A DNA stretch of 64,000 nucleotides from Dysgonamonadaceae bacterium (lineage in GTDB: Bacteria > Bacteroidota > Bacteroidia > Bacteroidales > Azobacteroidaceae): contig JAISOJ010000077.1 of the NCBI GenBank assembly GCA_031275735.1, forward strand, positions 17,254 to 81,253, given 5' to 3'. Below the pieces are notes generated by a model, which was not told where the DNA came from, did not search any database, and worked only from the letters and a program-made list of their open reading frames with translations. The stretch's first letter is position 1; the number at the start of each line of letters is the position of its first letter. Shown one piece after another: positions 40,538 to 50,287 of the stretch. A program made the position numbers and the translations under genes.

Positions 40538-42031
40538 ATGGAACACAACAGATACATTTTGAATCCAGATTATGTTTATAAAAATGACATAAAGAGAATT
40601 TTACTTTATTCTACTAATAAACCATCCGAATATAGTGCTAAATCGTGGTTCAGTATGATTCATCCCGTGCAAGCCATGCTTTTAAGTTTTTTCTCAAAAG
40701 GTGGTAGTTTGGCAGATATTATTCAACGTATCAGTCACTTTTTTGCCATTGATCCCTCTGAAATTTCATGTATGATAAAACCTTTTATAGAAAATGAGAC
40801 GCCATTAAAATCTATTTTTCAGGGAAACCGCTTTTTCTTTCCTCAAAATGTGATTATTCGTGAAACATATTCAACCCAAAGACTGAATTTCTCACCAGAG
40901 GATATGGTTTGTCCCAATGGTCGGGATTTTACTACTAAACGATTGTATTCCGCGCCATTACATATTACATTAATGCTTACGAATAAATGTGTTACTCGTT
41001 GTAAATATTGCTATGCCGATACGGAAACAATTCCTGAAAAGCTACTTTCAACGGAAGAAATTTTTCAATTAATTGACGAAGCATATCAAAAAGGATTGCG
41101 TAATTTCAATTTAATAGGAGGAGAAGTATTTCTTCATAAAGACTGGCCTATTATATTGGAGAAGCTTGTGAAGTGTGATTTTATGCCAGATATATTATCT
41201 ACAAAAATACCTGTTACTGAAAAAATTATTAATCATATCAAAGATACCGGATATACCAAAAATATACAAATATCGTTGGATGCATTATCATCCCCAATAT
41301 TAGAAAATTCACTTTGTGTAAACACGTATTACATGGAAAAGATGAGAAATGGAATTCGGCTATTGGATGAGAGTGGTCTTAATTACCAAATTGCAACCAT
41401 CTTAACTCAATATAATGACCGACCGGAAATTATGTCAGAATTATTCTCGTTTATTAAAACATTAAAAAACATAAAAAGCTGGCGCATTGCTCCTGCCACA
41501 AATTCACTATACAAAAACTATTTTGATTTCATAAAAATAAAAACTAACAGAACAAGGGTTGAAAATTTATATACTTTCATAAAAAGAGAAATTATCCCTT
41601 ATGCAGATTTTCCTGTTCTATTAGATCGATCTTATATAGATAGGGATTTCCATAAGGCTACAAAAGGAAGTGCCTCTTTCAAAGGGGCGGGATGCTCAGC
41701 ATTAAATAGTCATTTGTTTATCCTTCCTGATGGAAAGGTGACAATCTGTGAGCAGCTCTATTGGAATCCACACTTTATTATTGGGAACATCAGAGAAAAT
41801 TCTTTGTCAGAAATATGGAATTCACCCAAAGCTTTAATGTTAGCTCACATGAAGAGAGAACATATACAAACAAAAAGTAAATGTCATCCATGTCGTCAAT
41901 TTCAAGATTGTTATGAAAGAAGAAATCGTTGTTGGACGGATGTTATTAAAGCATATGGCGATACAAATTGGGATTATCCGGATCCTCGATGTAGCAAGGC
42001 TCCAGAGATGATTTACAATATTTCATTTTAA
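40538..42031 (+). CDS. Radical SAM/SPASM peptide maturase with N-terminal RRE-like extension
   Basis: CVTRCKYC (CxxxCxxC), GGEV; SPASM cysteines C-x17-C...CHPCRQFQDC-x6-C...DPRC; GNI...LSEIWNS. Confidence 0.92.
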   Translation: MEHNRYILNPDYVYKNDIKRILLYSTNKPSEYSAKSWFSMIHPVQAMLLSFFSKGGSLADIIQRISHFFAIDPSEISCMIKPFIENETPLKSIFQGNRFFFPQNVIIRETYSTQRLNFSPEDMVCPNGRDFTTKRLYSAPLHITLMLTNKCVTRCKYCYADTETIPEKLLSTEEIFQLIDEAYQKGLRNFNLIGGEVFLHKDWPIILEKLVKCDFMPDILSTKIPVTEKIINHIKDTGYTKNIQISLDALSSPILENSLCVNTYYMEKMRNGIRLLDESGLNYQIATILTQYNDRPEIMSELFSFIKTLKNIKSWRIAPATNSLYKNYFDFIKIKTNRTRVENLYTFIKREIIPYADFPVLLDRSYIDRDFHKATKGSASFKGAGCSALNSHLFILPDGKVTICEQLYWNPHFIIGNIRENSLSEIWNSPKALMLAHMKREHIQTKSKCHPCRQFQDCYERRNRCWTDVIKAYGDTNWDYPDPRCSKAPEMIYNISF

Positions 42032-42043
42032 TTTTATCAATCG

Positions 42044-44182
42044 ATGAAACGATTCAGTATTATAACAATCTTTGTGAGCATTTGCTCTTTAAGTTTTGCG
42101 GATGAAGGACTATGGGTACCTTTTTTACTAAAAGAAACTTGTTATGAAACCATGAGGGATCAAGGTCTCTTATTGTCAGTAGATGAAATCTATGGCGATC
42201 ATCAAACCAGTTTGAAAGATGCTGTAGTAATGTTTGGTGATGGATGTACCGGTGTTATTGTTTCTAATGAAGGTTTGCTTTTTACCAATTATCATTGCAC
42301 ATACAATTATGTAGGACAACAAAGTACGGTCGAACATAATTATTTAGAAAATGGTTTTTGGGCAAACAGTCGAGAAGAAGAGTTACTCATTCCAACGTTA
42401 TCCGTCAAGATTTTAACAAAAATGGACGATGTGACAGATCAAATTGTAATGGGAATTAATGCAAAAATGACAATGAAAGAACGTGCAGCGCTTATTCAAA
42501 TAAATACTGAAAAAGTGATAAAAAATAATAACATAGAGCAGGAAAAGAATCACTTGAATACAGTAAAACAATTAGATGGCGGGAACCGATATTTTTTATA
42601 TTGTTATGAGGTTTACCATGATATACGATTAGTTGGTCTTCCTCCTTCGGCTATAGGAAAATTTGGTGGAGAGTCGGATAATTGGATGTGGCCACGTTAT
42701 AGCGGAGATTTTGCAATGTTTCGTATCTATTCGGATAGGCAGAATCAGCCATCAGAATATTCATCGAATAATGTTCCGTATCAACCAAGAAAATCTGTTC
42801 CTATTTCTATCAGTAATCTATCTGAAGATTCGTTTAGTTTTGTAATGGGATATCCTTCTCGTACACATCGTTTTATTACATCATATGAGTTAAGCTTAAT
42901 TGCGAATGAAATTTATCCGCAGCGAGCATTGATCTATGAACAATGTTTGAATATCTGGAAAAAATATATGAATACAGATAACCGAATGCAATTACAATAC
43001 GCCTCGAAGTATGCTTCTTATAGCAATTTCTACAAAAAATGGAAAGGAATTATTTCCGGTGTGAAACAAGTTGATGGAATCACTAAAAAACAACAAGAAG
43101 AACAGACATTCATGCAAAAAGTTGCGTCTTCGCAAGAATGGAAGGTGTGCTATGGACAGTTAATAGATGATTTTAGAGTACAGTATGAAAAAATATCAAA
43201 TTATACAACTCTTTATGAAATATTATACGGAGGTCTTCGAACGATTGAACTGTTTCGACAGGCAGAAAAAATAAACCGGTATATAGAAACAAATATAGAA
43301 CAAATTTCTGAAGAAGCTATTGAAAATTTTCTAAAACAACAAGCGTCTTTTTATGAAAATATTAATTTGAAAATGGATAAAGAGATATTTGTTAAAATGA
43401 CGACCCTATTTTATCAATATATTACTCCTGAATTTTATCCTGAATTTTATGATCGCCCAGACCGTAATCCGGAAAATTTAGCAAATGAATTGTATGATTC
43501 CTCGGCATTAATTTCATATGAAAAACTTCAACATTGGTTTATAGGAAATAAACAAGAAAAACTAAAGGAATTAGCTAATGATCCCGCTATTCGTTGGGTT
43601 AAAAACATACGTCATTGGGATACCGAGAAGCTTTCTCCTTTTTTACCATCATTATCGGAAACAATTGATAGTTTATACTCGGTATATACTCATGCAGTTC
43701 TTCAGGTTTTTCCTGATAGAAAGATGTACCCTGATGCAAATCAAACGCTACGGCTATCTTATGGAAAAACAAAAGGCTATATATCCGATGAAACAAGCCA
43801 TTATAACTTTAGCACAGATATTGACGGTTTGATGGAAAAAGTAGAATCCGGACAGACTGAATATTTTATTCCGAATGCATTGAGAGAACTCTACAAGAAA
43901 AAAGATTATGGTATATACAAAACAGACAGCACTTTACTGATCTGTTTTATTACCAATGCTCATACGACAAGCGGCAATTCAGGGAGCCCTGTTTTTAACG
44001 GAAGAGGAGAACTAATAGGATTGAATTTCGATAGAAATCAAGAAGGAACTATGAGTGATATTCTATATGATCCTCTAATCTGTCGTAATATTGCCGTAGA
44101 TATACGTTATATCCTTTTTATTATAGATAAATATGCTAAAGCAAGTTATCTGTTGAATGAAATGACTATACAAACCGACTAA
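42044..44182 (+). CDS. S46 dipeptidyl peptidase, DPP11-type (Asp/Glu-specific signature)
   Basis: Signal peptide then DEGLW; TNYHC (His); DNWMWPRYSGDF (Asp); TTSGNSGSPV (Ser); LIGLNFDRNQEG with Arg at the S1 position. Confidence 0.9.
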   Translation: MKRFSIITIFVSICSLSFADEGLWVPFLLKETCYETMRDQGLLLSVDEIYGDHQTSLKDAVVMFGDGCTGVIVSNEGLLFTNYHCTYNYVGQQSTVEHNYLENGFWANSREEELLIPTLSVKILTKMDDVTDQIVMGINAKMTMKERAALIQINTEKVIKNNNIEQEKNHLNTVKQLDGGNRYFLYCYEVYHDIRLVGLPPSAIGKFGGESDNWMWPRYSGDFAMFRIYSDRQNQPSEYSSNNVPYQPRKSVPISISNLSEDSFSFVMGYPSRTHRFITSYELSLIANEIYPQRALIYEQCLNIWKKYMNTDNRMQLQYASKYASYSNFYKKWKGIISGVKQVDGITKKQQEEQTFMQKVASSQEWKVCYGQLIDDFRVQYEKISNYTTLYEILYGGLRTIELFRQAEKINRYIETNIEQISEEAIENFLKQQASFYENINLKMDKEIFVKMTTLFYQYITPEFYPEFYDRPDRNPENLANELYDSSALISYEKLQHWFIGNKQEKLKELANDPAIRWVKNIRHWDTEKLSPFLPSLSETIDSLYSVYTHAVLQVFPDRKMYPDANQTLRLSYGKTKGYISDETSHYNFSTDIDGLMEKVESGQTEYFIPNALRELYKKKDYGIYKTDSTLLICFITNAHTTSGNSGSPVFNGRGELIGLNFDRNQEGTMSDILYDPLICRNIAVDIRYILFIIDKYAKASYLLNEMTIQTD

Positions 44183-44200
44183 TTACAAATTTTTAAAAAT

Positions 44201-46597
44201 ATGAAAAACCGATTAATTTTTATTTTTGCATGGTGCATTATAGTATGTAATGTATATGCCCAACATTCTCTATCAGGGAATGTGAAAGACAGAGCGAGTG
44301 GTACTCCTATTGAATTTGTAACGATTACGTTGCTGGGAGGAGATTCGACGGTTGTAACAGGAACAATGACGGACAGCTCCGGAGGTTTCAGACTGGAAAA
44401 TATCCAGACAGGAAAATACTTGATAAGGATGTCGTTTATAGGATACGAAACGGAATACCGCAAGGCAACTGTTCCCACTCAAGGCAATTTAGGCGAGATT
44501 TTGCTGTCGGAGAGTGCAAACAGATTGGGCGAAGTGGTCGTAACAGCTAAACAACCCTTTGTGGTACAACAGATCGACCGGTATGTGGTGAATGTCGGTC
44601 ATATTCTGACGGCCGGACGCAATGCCTTGGATGTATTGAGGAATACGCCGGGTGTTTTAGTTACCCCTGACGGCAGCATCTCCGTTATGGGCAACAGTGT
44701 GGAAATATGGATAGACGGACGTCCTTCGCGCCTATCGAGCGAAGCGCTTAAAGCTTTGTTAAACTCGATGCAGGGTGAAACGATAGACAAGATTGAAGTC
44801 ATTACGAATCCTTCTGCACGTTATGATGCATCCGGCGGCAACATTATCAATATCAAGACGAAAAAAGGTTTAAAATATGGTGTAAACGGTTCTTTAAATG
44901 CGAATTACAGGCAAGGGCATAATGATATGGAAAATACCGGTATCGCGTTGAATTTTCGTGAAACCCGTATAAATCTGTTTGGAAATTACAGCTTTGAACG
45001 AAACTCTCCATGGATACGGATTCATCAAATAAATAAGACAAAAACTTCGGACGAGCTTGTTGCTTTTGATCAATATACGGATGGAAATACCGCAAAAGCG
45101 TATGGGAATCACAATTATAGAGTAGGCGCTGATTTTTTCCTTAATGAGAAGCATACGATTGGAATTTTGTTTAATGGCTATACTCAAGGTAGGGGTGAAG
45201 AAAGATTGAATGGAAATACCACAATTACGCCCATATTTGACGGCGTTGCTTCTTCGACTTCGGAGGGAATTGTGAAAGAGAAAATGCACAGCGGTCTTGC
45301 CAATGCAAACTATCAGGGAAATTTCGGCAAGCGGCAACTGAATATCAATCTGGATTATGCAGGGTTTGATATGAAACCTTTTCAATACAGCAGGAATGAA
45401 TATTTTGATACACAGGAAAGTATTATCGGACAACCGGAAGAACTGCGTCATACGAATCCCCAAACCATTAAACTGTGGTCGGCAACAGTCGATTATACTA
45501 CTTCCTTGTGGAAAGAAAGCCAAATAGAAATCGGAGGAAAATTAAGTGGATCTCAAACTGATAACGACCTGCGGTATGAAACTGTCAAAAACGGGAAATG
45601 GGAGATTGATACAGACCAGACTAACCGGTTTGTATATACCGAAAATATCAATGCAGCCTATATCAGTCTGGCTCAATCATTCGGAAAATGGGCTTTTCAA
45701 GCTGGGTTGCGAGGCGAATACACCGGAGTAAAAGGCGAACAACGTACGCTCGGCACATCCGAAGAATCCTCCTATTTCGGTCTATTCCCTACATTTTTTG
45801 CCCGTTATCAACCGTCGGAAAAACATACATGGGGGTTATCGTACGGAAGACGTATCCGTCGACCCAGTTATACATTGCTGAATCCTTTTGAAGTGAAAAT
45901 AGATGCTTATTCATATGCAGCTGGTAATCCGGATTTATTACCTTCTTATACGCACAATATACAATTATCTTACATGTATAACACATTTATGCTCAGGCTT
46001 ACCTACAACCGGACAACCGGACAAATTGCAATGACTCCCGTTATTGATGCGGCAACCGGACGACATGGGCTTATCCCTATGAATTTCAGTAAACGACAGA
46101 ATATTACCCTCTCTCCTAACTACCGTCTGTCTGCAACCAAATTCTGGACAATCAATCTATGGGGTGAAGCAGCATACGTTATGAACCGGTCGCCAGAAGC
46201 ATCCGGCGAATTTAACAATGACGGATTCCTTTTTGTCGGCAGTATGGGTAATCAGTTTGTCATAACGCCGACATTAGTTGCTGAAGTAAACGGATTCTTT
46301 TTCTCCGGTCAGCGGCTAGGTTACTTCAAGCATGATCCGACGGGTAACGTTTCAGTAGGAATACAGAAGACATTATTGAAAAACAAACTGGCCATCGCTA
46401 TTTCGGCCAACGACCTATTTTATACGAGTATTTCCAAAAGCGTGGCTCAGTACGAAAAAGCCGACTATCAAGTAAAGGAAAGCGGGGATAGCCGCTGGAT
46501 AAACATAAGTGTTCGCTATAATTTCGGTTCGGATAAAGTAAAACCGTCACGCAACCGCAGTACGGGTATAGAGGATGAAACAAGCAGGGTAAAATAA
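44201..46597 (+). CDS. Outer-membrane beta-barrel / TonB-dependent-like receptor
   Basis: CarboxypepD_reg-like N-terminus; plug IDKIEVITNPSARYDASG; GNPDLLPSY; SVRYNFG. Confidence 0.85.
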   Translation: MKNRLIFIFAWCIIVCNVYAQHSLSGNVKDRASGTPIEFVTITLLGGDSTVVTGTMTDSSGGFRLENIQTGKYLIRMSFIGYETEYRKATVPTQGNLGEILLSESANRLGEVVVTAKQPFVVQQIDRYVVNVGHILTAGRNALDVLRNTPGVLVTPDGSISVMGNSVEIWIDGRPSRLSSEALKALLNSMQGETIDKIEVITNPSARYDASGGNIINIKTKKGLKYGVNGSLNANYRQGHNDMENTGIALNFRETRINLFGNYSFERNSPWIRIHQINKTKTSDELVAFDQYTDGNTAKAYGNHNYRVGADFFLNEKHTIGILFNGYTQGRGEERLNGNTTITPIFDGVASSTSEGIVKEKMHSGLANANYQGNFGKRQLNINLDYAGFDMKPFQYSRNEYFDTQESIIGQPEELRHTNPQTIKLWSATVDYTTSLWKESQIEIGGKLSGSQTDNDLRYETVKNGKWEIDTDQTNRFVYTENINAAYISLAQSFGKWAFQAGLRGEYTGVKGEQRTLGTSEESSYFGLFPTFFARYQPSEKHTWGLSYGRRIRRPSYTLLNPFEVKIDAYSYAAGNPDLLPSYTHNIQLSYMYNTFMLRLTYNRTTGQIAMTPVIDAATGRHGLIPMNFSKRQNITLSPNYRLSATKFWTINLWGEAAYVMNRSPEASGEFNNDGFLFVGSMGNQFVITPTLVAEVNGFFFSGQRLGYFKHDPTGNVSVGIQKTLLKNKLAIAISANDLFYTSISKSVAQYEKADYQVKESGDSRWINISVRYNFGSDKVKPSRNRSTGIEDETSRVK

Positions 46598-46633
46598 TTG
46601 ATTAAATATTCAACTTTAAAAATAAAAAACATC

Positions 46634-47146
46634 ATGAGAAAAATTATTGTATTTGTAATAATCTGTTGTATGGGAATGATGGGTGTTTATGCCCAGGAAA
46701 CGGATGCGCGTAGTTTTGTAAAACGTTATTCCAAGATGGAGGGATTTACCGGAATAACAATAAACAAGGTCGGGATAAGATTAACCATGCTATTGGCTAA
46801 GATTAGTAATCCGAAGGATGATGTTTCGTTCCTGTCCAAAGTAAACAATGTCCAGATATTGACATTATCTGCCGAGGGGTATGAAAAGAATATTCAATCG
46901 TTTGAAGAAGCGTTTGCCGAATTTTGCAAAACGGCTGGTTATGAACAAACAATGCAAAGCGAAGACGCAGAAAGCCGTAAAGAAATATTTTGCAAAATAA
47001 CGGAAGACCGTATCGTCGGATTAATAATTCTGAATAAAGAAGCCGATTCGGTAGGAATGATCTGTATCGACGGGCGGTTTGATCCCCAAGATATAGAATC
47101 TGCTTTGTCAGGGAAAGTACCGCATATAATGGGATCAAATAAGTAA
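46634..47146 (+). CDS. DUF4252-family periplasmic protein
   Basis: Signal peptide; FVKRYSKMEGFTGITINK; ICIDGRFD; start chosen at MRKIIVF. Confidence 0.7.
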   Translation: MRKIIVFVIICCMGMMGVYAQETDARSFVKRYSKMEGFTGITINKVGIRLTMLLAKISNPKDDVSFLSKVNNVQILTLSAEGYEKNIQSFEEAFAEFCKTAGYEQTMQSEDAESRKEIFCKITEDRIVGLIILNKEADSVGMICIDGRFDPQDIESALSGKVPHIMGSNK

Positions 47147-47221
47147 TCGGCAGAATATAGCGATGATATTTTTTACGAAGATGATATGAAAAAACAAATA
47201 AATTTTTAATAATTAAAGGCT

Positions 47222-49489
47222 ATGTTTACTCAAAAAAGAAATACATTTTCACGTCATAGTTATAAAAAGAGGAAATTCCCTTTTTGTCAACAATTAGAAG
47301 GAATGGATTGTGGACCGGCTTGTTTACGAATGGTCGCTCAATCTTATGGACGTAAACATAGCCTTCAATATCTACGTGAACTATCTAACATTTCTCGACG
47401 AGGTGTTAACTTGTTGGGTATTGGAGATGCAGCAGAATCGATTGGTTTTCGAACATTAGGAGTGCGTATAACTTTTGAAAAATTAAGAGATAATGCTCAA
47501 TTGCCTTGTATTATTCACTGGCGTCAAGTTCATTTTGCCGTAGTATATGGAATTGAAACTCCAAAACTATTTCCATGGATAAACAGAAAACAAACACTGG
47601 TTTATGTCGCAGATCCTGCCCATGGATTATTAAGTTATACGGAAGAAGAATTTAAAAAAAATTGGATATCTACTCGCCACGGAGGAGAAGAGAAAGGAAT
47701 TGCCATGTTACTTGAGCCGAGTCCCTATTTTTATGAAGCAGAAACAAAAATGACACAGCCTTTAACACTGAATTTTTTGTTCAATTATTTAAAACCCTAC
47801 AAAAAATTGATATGGCAATTGTTTTGGGGTATTCTAGTAGGGAGTTTATTACAACTCGTTTTTCCTTTTTTAACTCAGGCAATTGTAGATCAAGGTATAG
47901 GTCATCGCAATATAGCCTTTATTTATGTTGTATTATTTGCTCAGTTAGCGTTGGTTGCAGGGAGTGCATCCATTGATTTTATTCGACGATGGATACTTTT
48001 ACATATTAGTACGCGAATAAATATATCACTAATTTCTGATTTTTTGACTAAGTTAATGAAACTTTCCATGAAATATTTTGATACTAAATTGACGGGCGAT
48101 CTGATACAACGTATCAACGATCATTCTCGTATTGAAGAATTTTTGACTCAATCCGTATTAAGTATTACCATTGGGATTATTAATTTGGTCGTCTTTGGAA
48201 TAGTATTAGCTATTTATAATCTGAAAATATTTGTCATATTTCTTATTGGTAGTTTGATTTATATATTTTGGATTCGTCGTTTTTTAAAAAAAAGAAAAGC
48301 ACTTGATCATAAAAGTTTTGCACAAATGTCTATTCATCAAGGAAATCTCATCCAAATAGTTCAGGGCATGCAGGAAATAAAACTCACCGGTAGCGAGAGA
48401 CAAAAACGATGGGAATGGGAAAGTATTCAAGCTGAAATTTTCAAGATAAAAATGAATACTTTATCATTAGGACAATGGCAACAAGGAGGCGCTATTATTA
48501 TCAACGAAGTTAAAAATGTATTCATTACGTTTGTATCTGCAAATGCTGTGTTATCGGGTAATTTAACATTAGGAGCCATGTTGTCTATGCAATTTATTAT
48601 AGGACAATTACATGGTCCAATATCACAAATGGTCAGTTTCATGCAGCAGGCACAGAATGCGAATTTAAGTTTAGAACGTATGGGTGAAATTCATGGTCGG
48701 GAAGATGAAGAGCCGGGTATGTGTGAACCAATACCGGAGATAGAGTCTCAGTCTGGAATTAATATTTCCCAAGTATGTTTTCAATACAATGGACCACATT
48801 CTCATAAAGTATTAGAAAATCTTTCTTTGTTTGTTCCTGCCGGTAAAACTACTGCGATTGTCGGAAGTAGCGGGAGTGGAAAAACCACTTTGTTGAAGCT
48901 ATTGCTTGGCTTTTATCCTCCTGTATCTGGAGACATTCAAATTGGAAATATTTCTCTTTCGCAAGTAAGTTTCAAAGAATGGCGCAGGTATTGCGGCGTT
49001 GTAATGCAGGACGGCTATATTTTTAATGATACTATTGCAAACAATATTGCGCCGGGAGAGGATGAAATTGATAAAAAAAGATTAAGCTATGCTGTTTCTG
49101 TTGCCAATATTGGCAGTTTTATTGAATTACTTCCTTTAAAATTCAATACAAAAATAGGAAATGAAGGAAATGGTTTGAGCCAAGGGCAAAAGCAACGTAT
49201 TTTAATTGCACGCACTGTATATAAAAATCCCCAGTTCATTTTCTTTGATGAAGCAACCAATGCGTTAGATGCTAATAATGAGAAAATAATCATGAAAAAT
49301 CTGAATGCTTTTTTTAACGGCCGTACTGTAATTATAGTAGCGCATCGATTAAGTACTGTCAAAAATGCAGATCAGATAGTTGTACTTCATCAAGGGAAAA
49401 TTGTAGAGATAGGAAAGCATGAAGAGCTTGTTTTAAAACGAGGAGCTTATTATACGTTAGTAAGTAACCAATTAGAATTAGGAAATTAG
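47222..49489 (+). CDS. Peptidase-containing ABC transporter (C39 PCAT, SunT/LanT-type)
   Basis: QLEGMDCGPACL, IIHWRQVHF, VADPA; TMD; GSSGSGKTT, LSQGQ, FFDEATNALD, AHRLST. Confidence 0.95.
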   Translation: MFTQKRNTFSRHSYKKRKFPFCQQLEGMDCGPACLRMVAQSYGRKHSLQYLRELSNISRRGVNLLGIGDAAESIGFRTLGVRITFEKLRDNAQLPCIIHWRQVHFAVVYGIETPKLFPWINRKQTLVYVADPAHGLLSYTEEEFKKNWISTRHGGEEKGIAMLLEPSPYFYEAETKMTQPLTLNFLFNYLKPYKKLIWQLFWGILVGSLLQLVFPFLTQAIVDQGIGHRNIAFIYVVLFAQLALVAGSASIDFIRRWILLHISTRINISLISDFLTKLMKLSMKYFDTKLTGDLIQRINDHSRIEEFLTQSVLSITIGIINLVVFGIVLAIYNLKIFVIFLIGSLIYIFWIRRFLKKRKALDHKSFAQMSIHQGNLIQIVQGMQEIKLTGSERQKRWEWESIQAEIFKIKMNTLSLGQWQQGGAIIINEVKNVFITFVSANAVLSGNLTLGAMLSMQFIIGQLHGPISQMVSFMQQAQNANLSLERMGEIHGREDEEPGMCEPIPEIESQSGINISQVCFQYNGPHSHKVLENLSLFVPAGKTTAIVGSSGSGKTTLLKLLLGFYPPVSGDIQIGNISLSQVSFKEWRRYCGVVMQDGYIFNDTIANNIAPGEDEIDKKRLSYAVSVANIGSFIELLPLKFNTKIGNEGNGLSQGQKQRILIARTVYKNPQFIFFDEATNALDANNEKIIMKNLNAFFNGRTVIIVAHRLSTVKNADQIVVLHQGKIVEIGKHEELVLKRGAYYTLVSNQLELGN

Positions 49490-49510
49490 CATTTAAAAGT
49501 ATATGAATTT

Positions 49511-50266
49511 ATGTCTGAAGAAGAATTATTTCCGGAAAAAAGAATAGAACTCCATCATCACTCTATTGATGAAATCATGGGAGCGCCTCCTGCTCGAATT
49601 GTAGCAGTAGGAAGCGGCATTATTTTGATTTTGATTCTTGGGTTATTTGTTGGATCGTTTTTCATCTCATATCCGATCATTATTCAAGAGAGGGCAGTTA
49701 TACAAGGCGAAATACCTTTAACTACATTAACATCACTTGAATCAGGAAAGATCATAAATATATATTCTTTTTCTAATAACATTATTTATCAGGGAGATAC
49801 AGTTATTCAAATCGAAAAACTGAGAACAAAAGAAATAATACCAATTATTGCAGATGTAGATGGAATAATTGATTTCAACCCTTTGATACGGATAAAACAA
49901 GTAGTTCAACCAAATGATACAATTGGTCATATTTGGGATAAAACACCCTTAGCTGGTATTTGTATTATCGATCTTTCTCGAGAACAAATGAAACAAGTTC
50001 AGACAGGAAATAAAATACGACTTCATTTTGATGCATATCCATCAGAAAAATTTGGTACAGTTGATACATATATACAATCTATTAGTACTTTTAATACTAA
50101 AAATCAACCTCAAATCATCACCATGCTTGATGATAGTCTTATTACATCTAACCAGTACACAATTACAGTTAGAGGAAATCTATATGCATCAGTCGAAATT
50201 ATTACAGAAGAACAATCTTTGTTTAACCGTTTGATAAATCCATTTCGAGGATTAATGAAAAAATAA
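49511..50266 (+). CDS. HlyD-family secretion adaptor (short)
   Basis: IDEIMGAPP, TM helix, FDAYPSEKFG, EIITEEQSLFNRLINP. Confidence 0.8.
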   Translation: MSEEELFPEKRIELHHHSIDEIMGAPPARIVAVGSGIILILILGLFVGSFFISYPIIIQERAVIQGEIPLTTLTSLESGKIINIYSFSNNIIYQGDTVIQIEKLRTKEIIPIIADVDGIIDFNPLIRIKQVVQPNDTIGHIWDKTPLAGICIIDLSREQMKQVQTGNKIRLHFDAYPSEKFGTVDTYIQSISTFNTKNQPQIITMLDDSLITSNQYTITVRGNLYASVEIITEEQSLFNRLINPFRGLMKK

Positions 50267-50287
50267 AATATTTTTAAGCTATTATTT

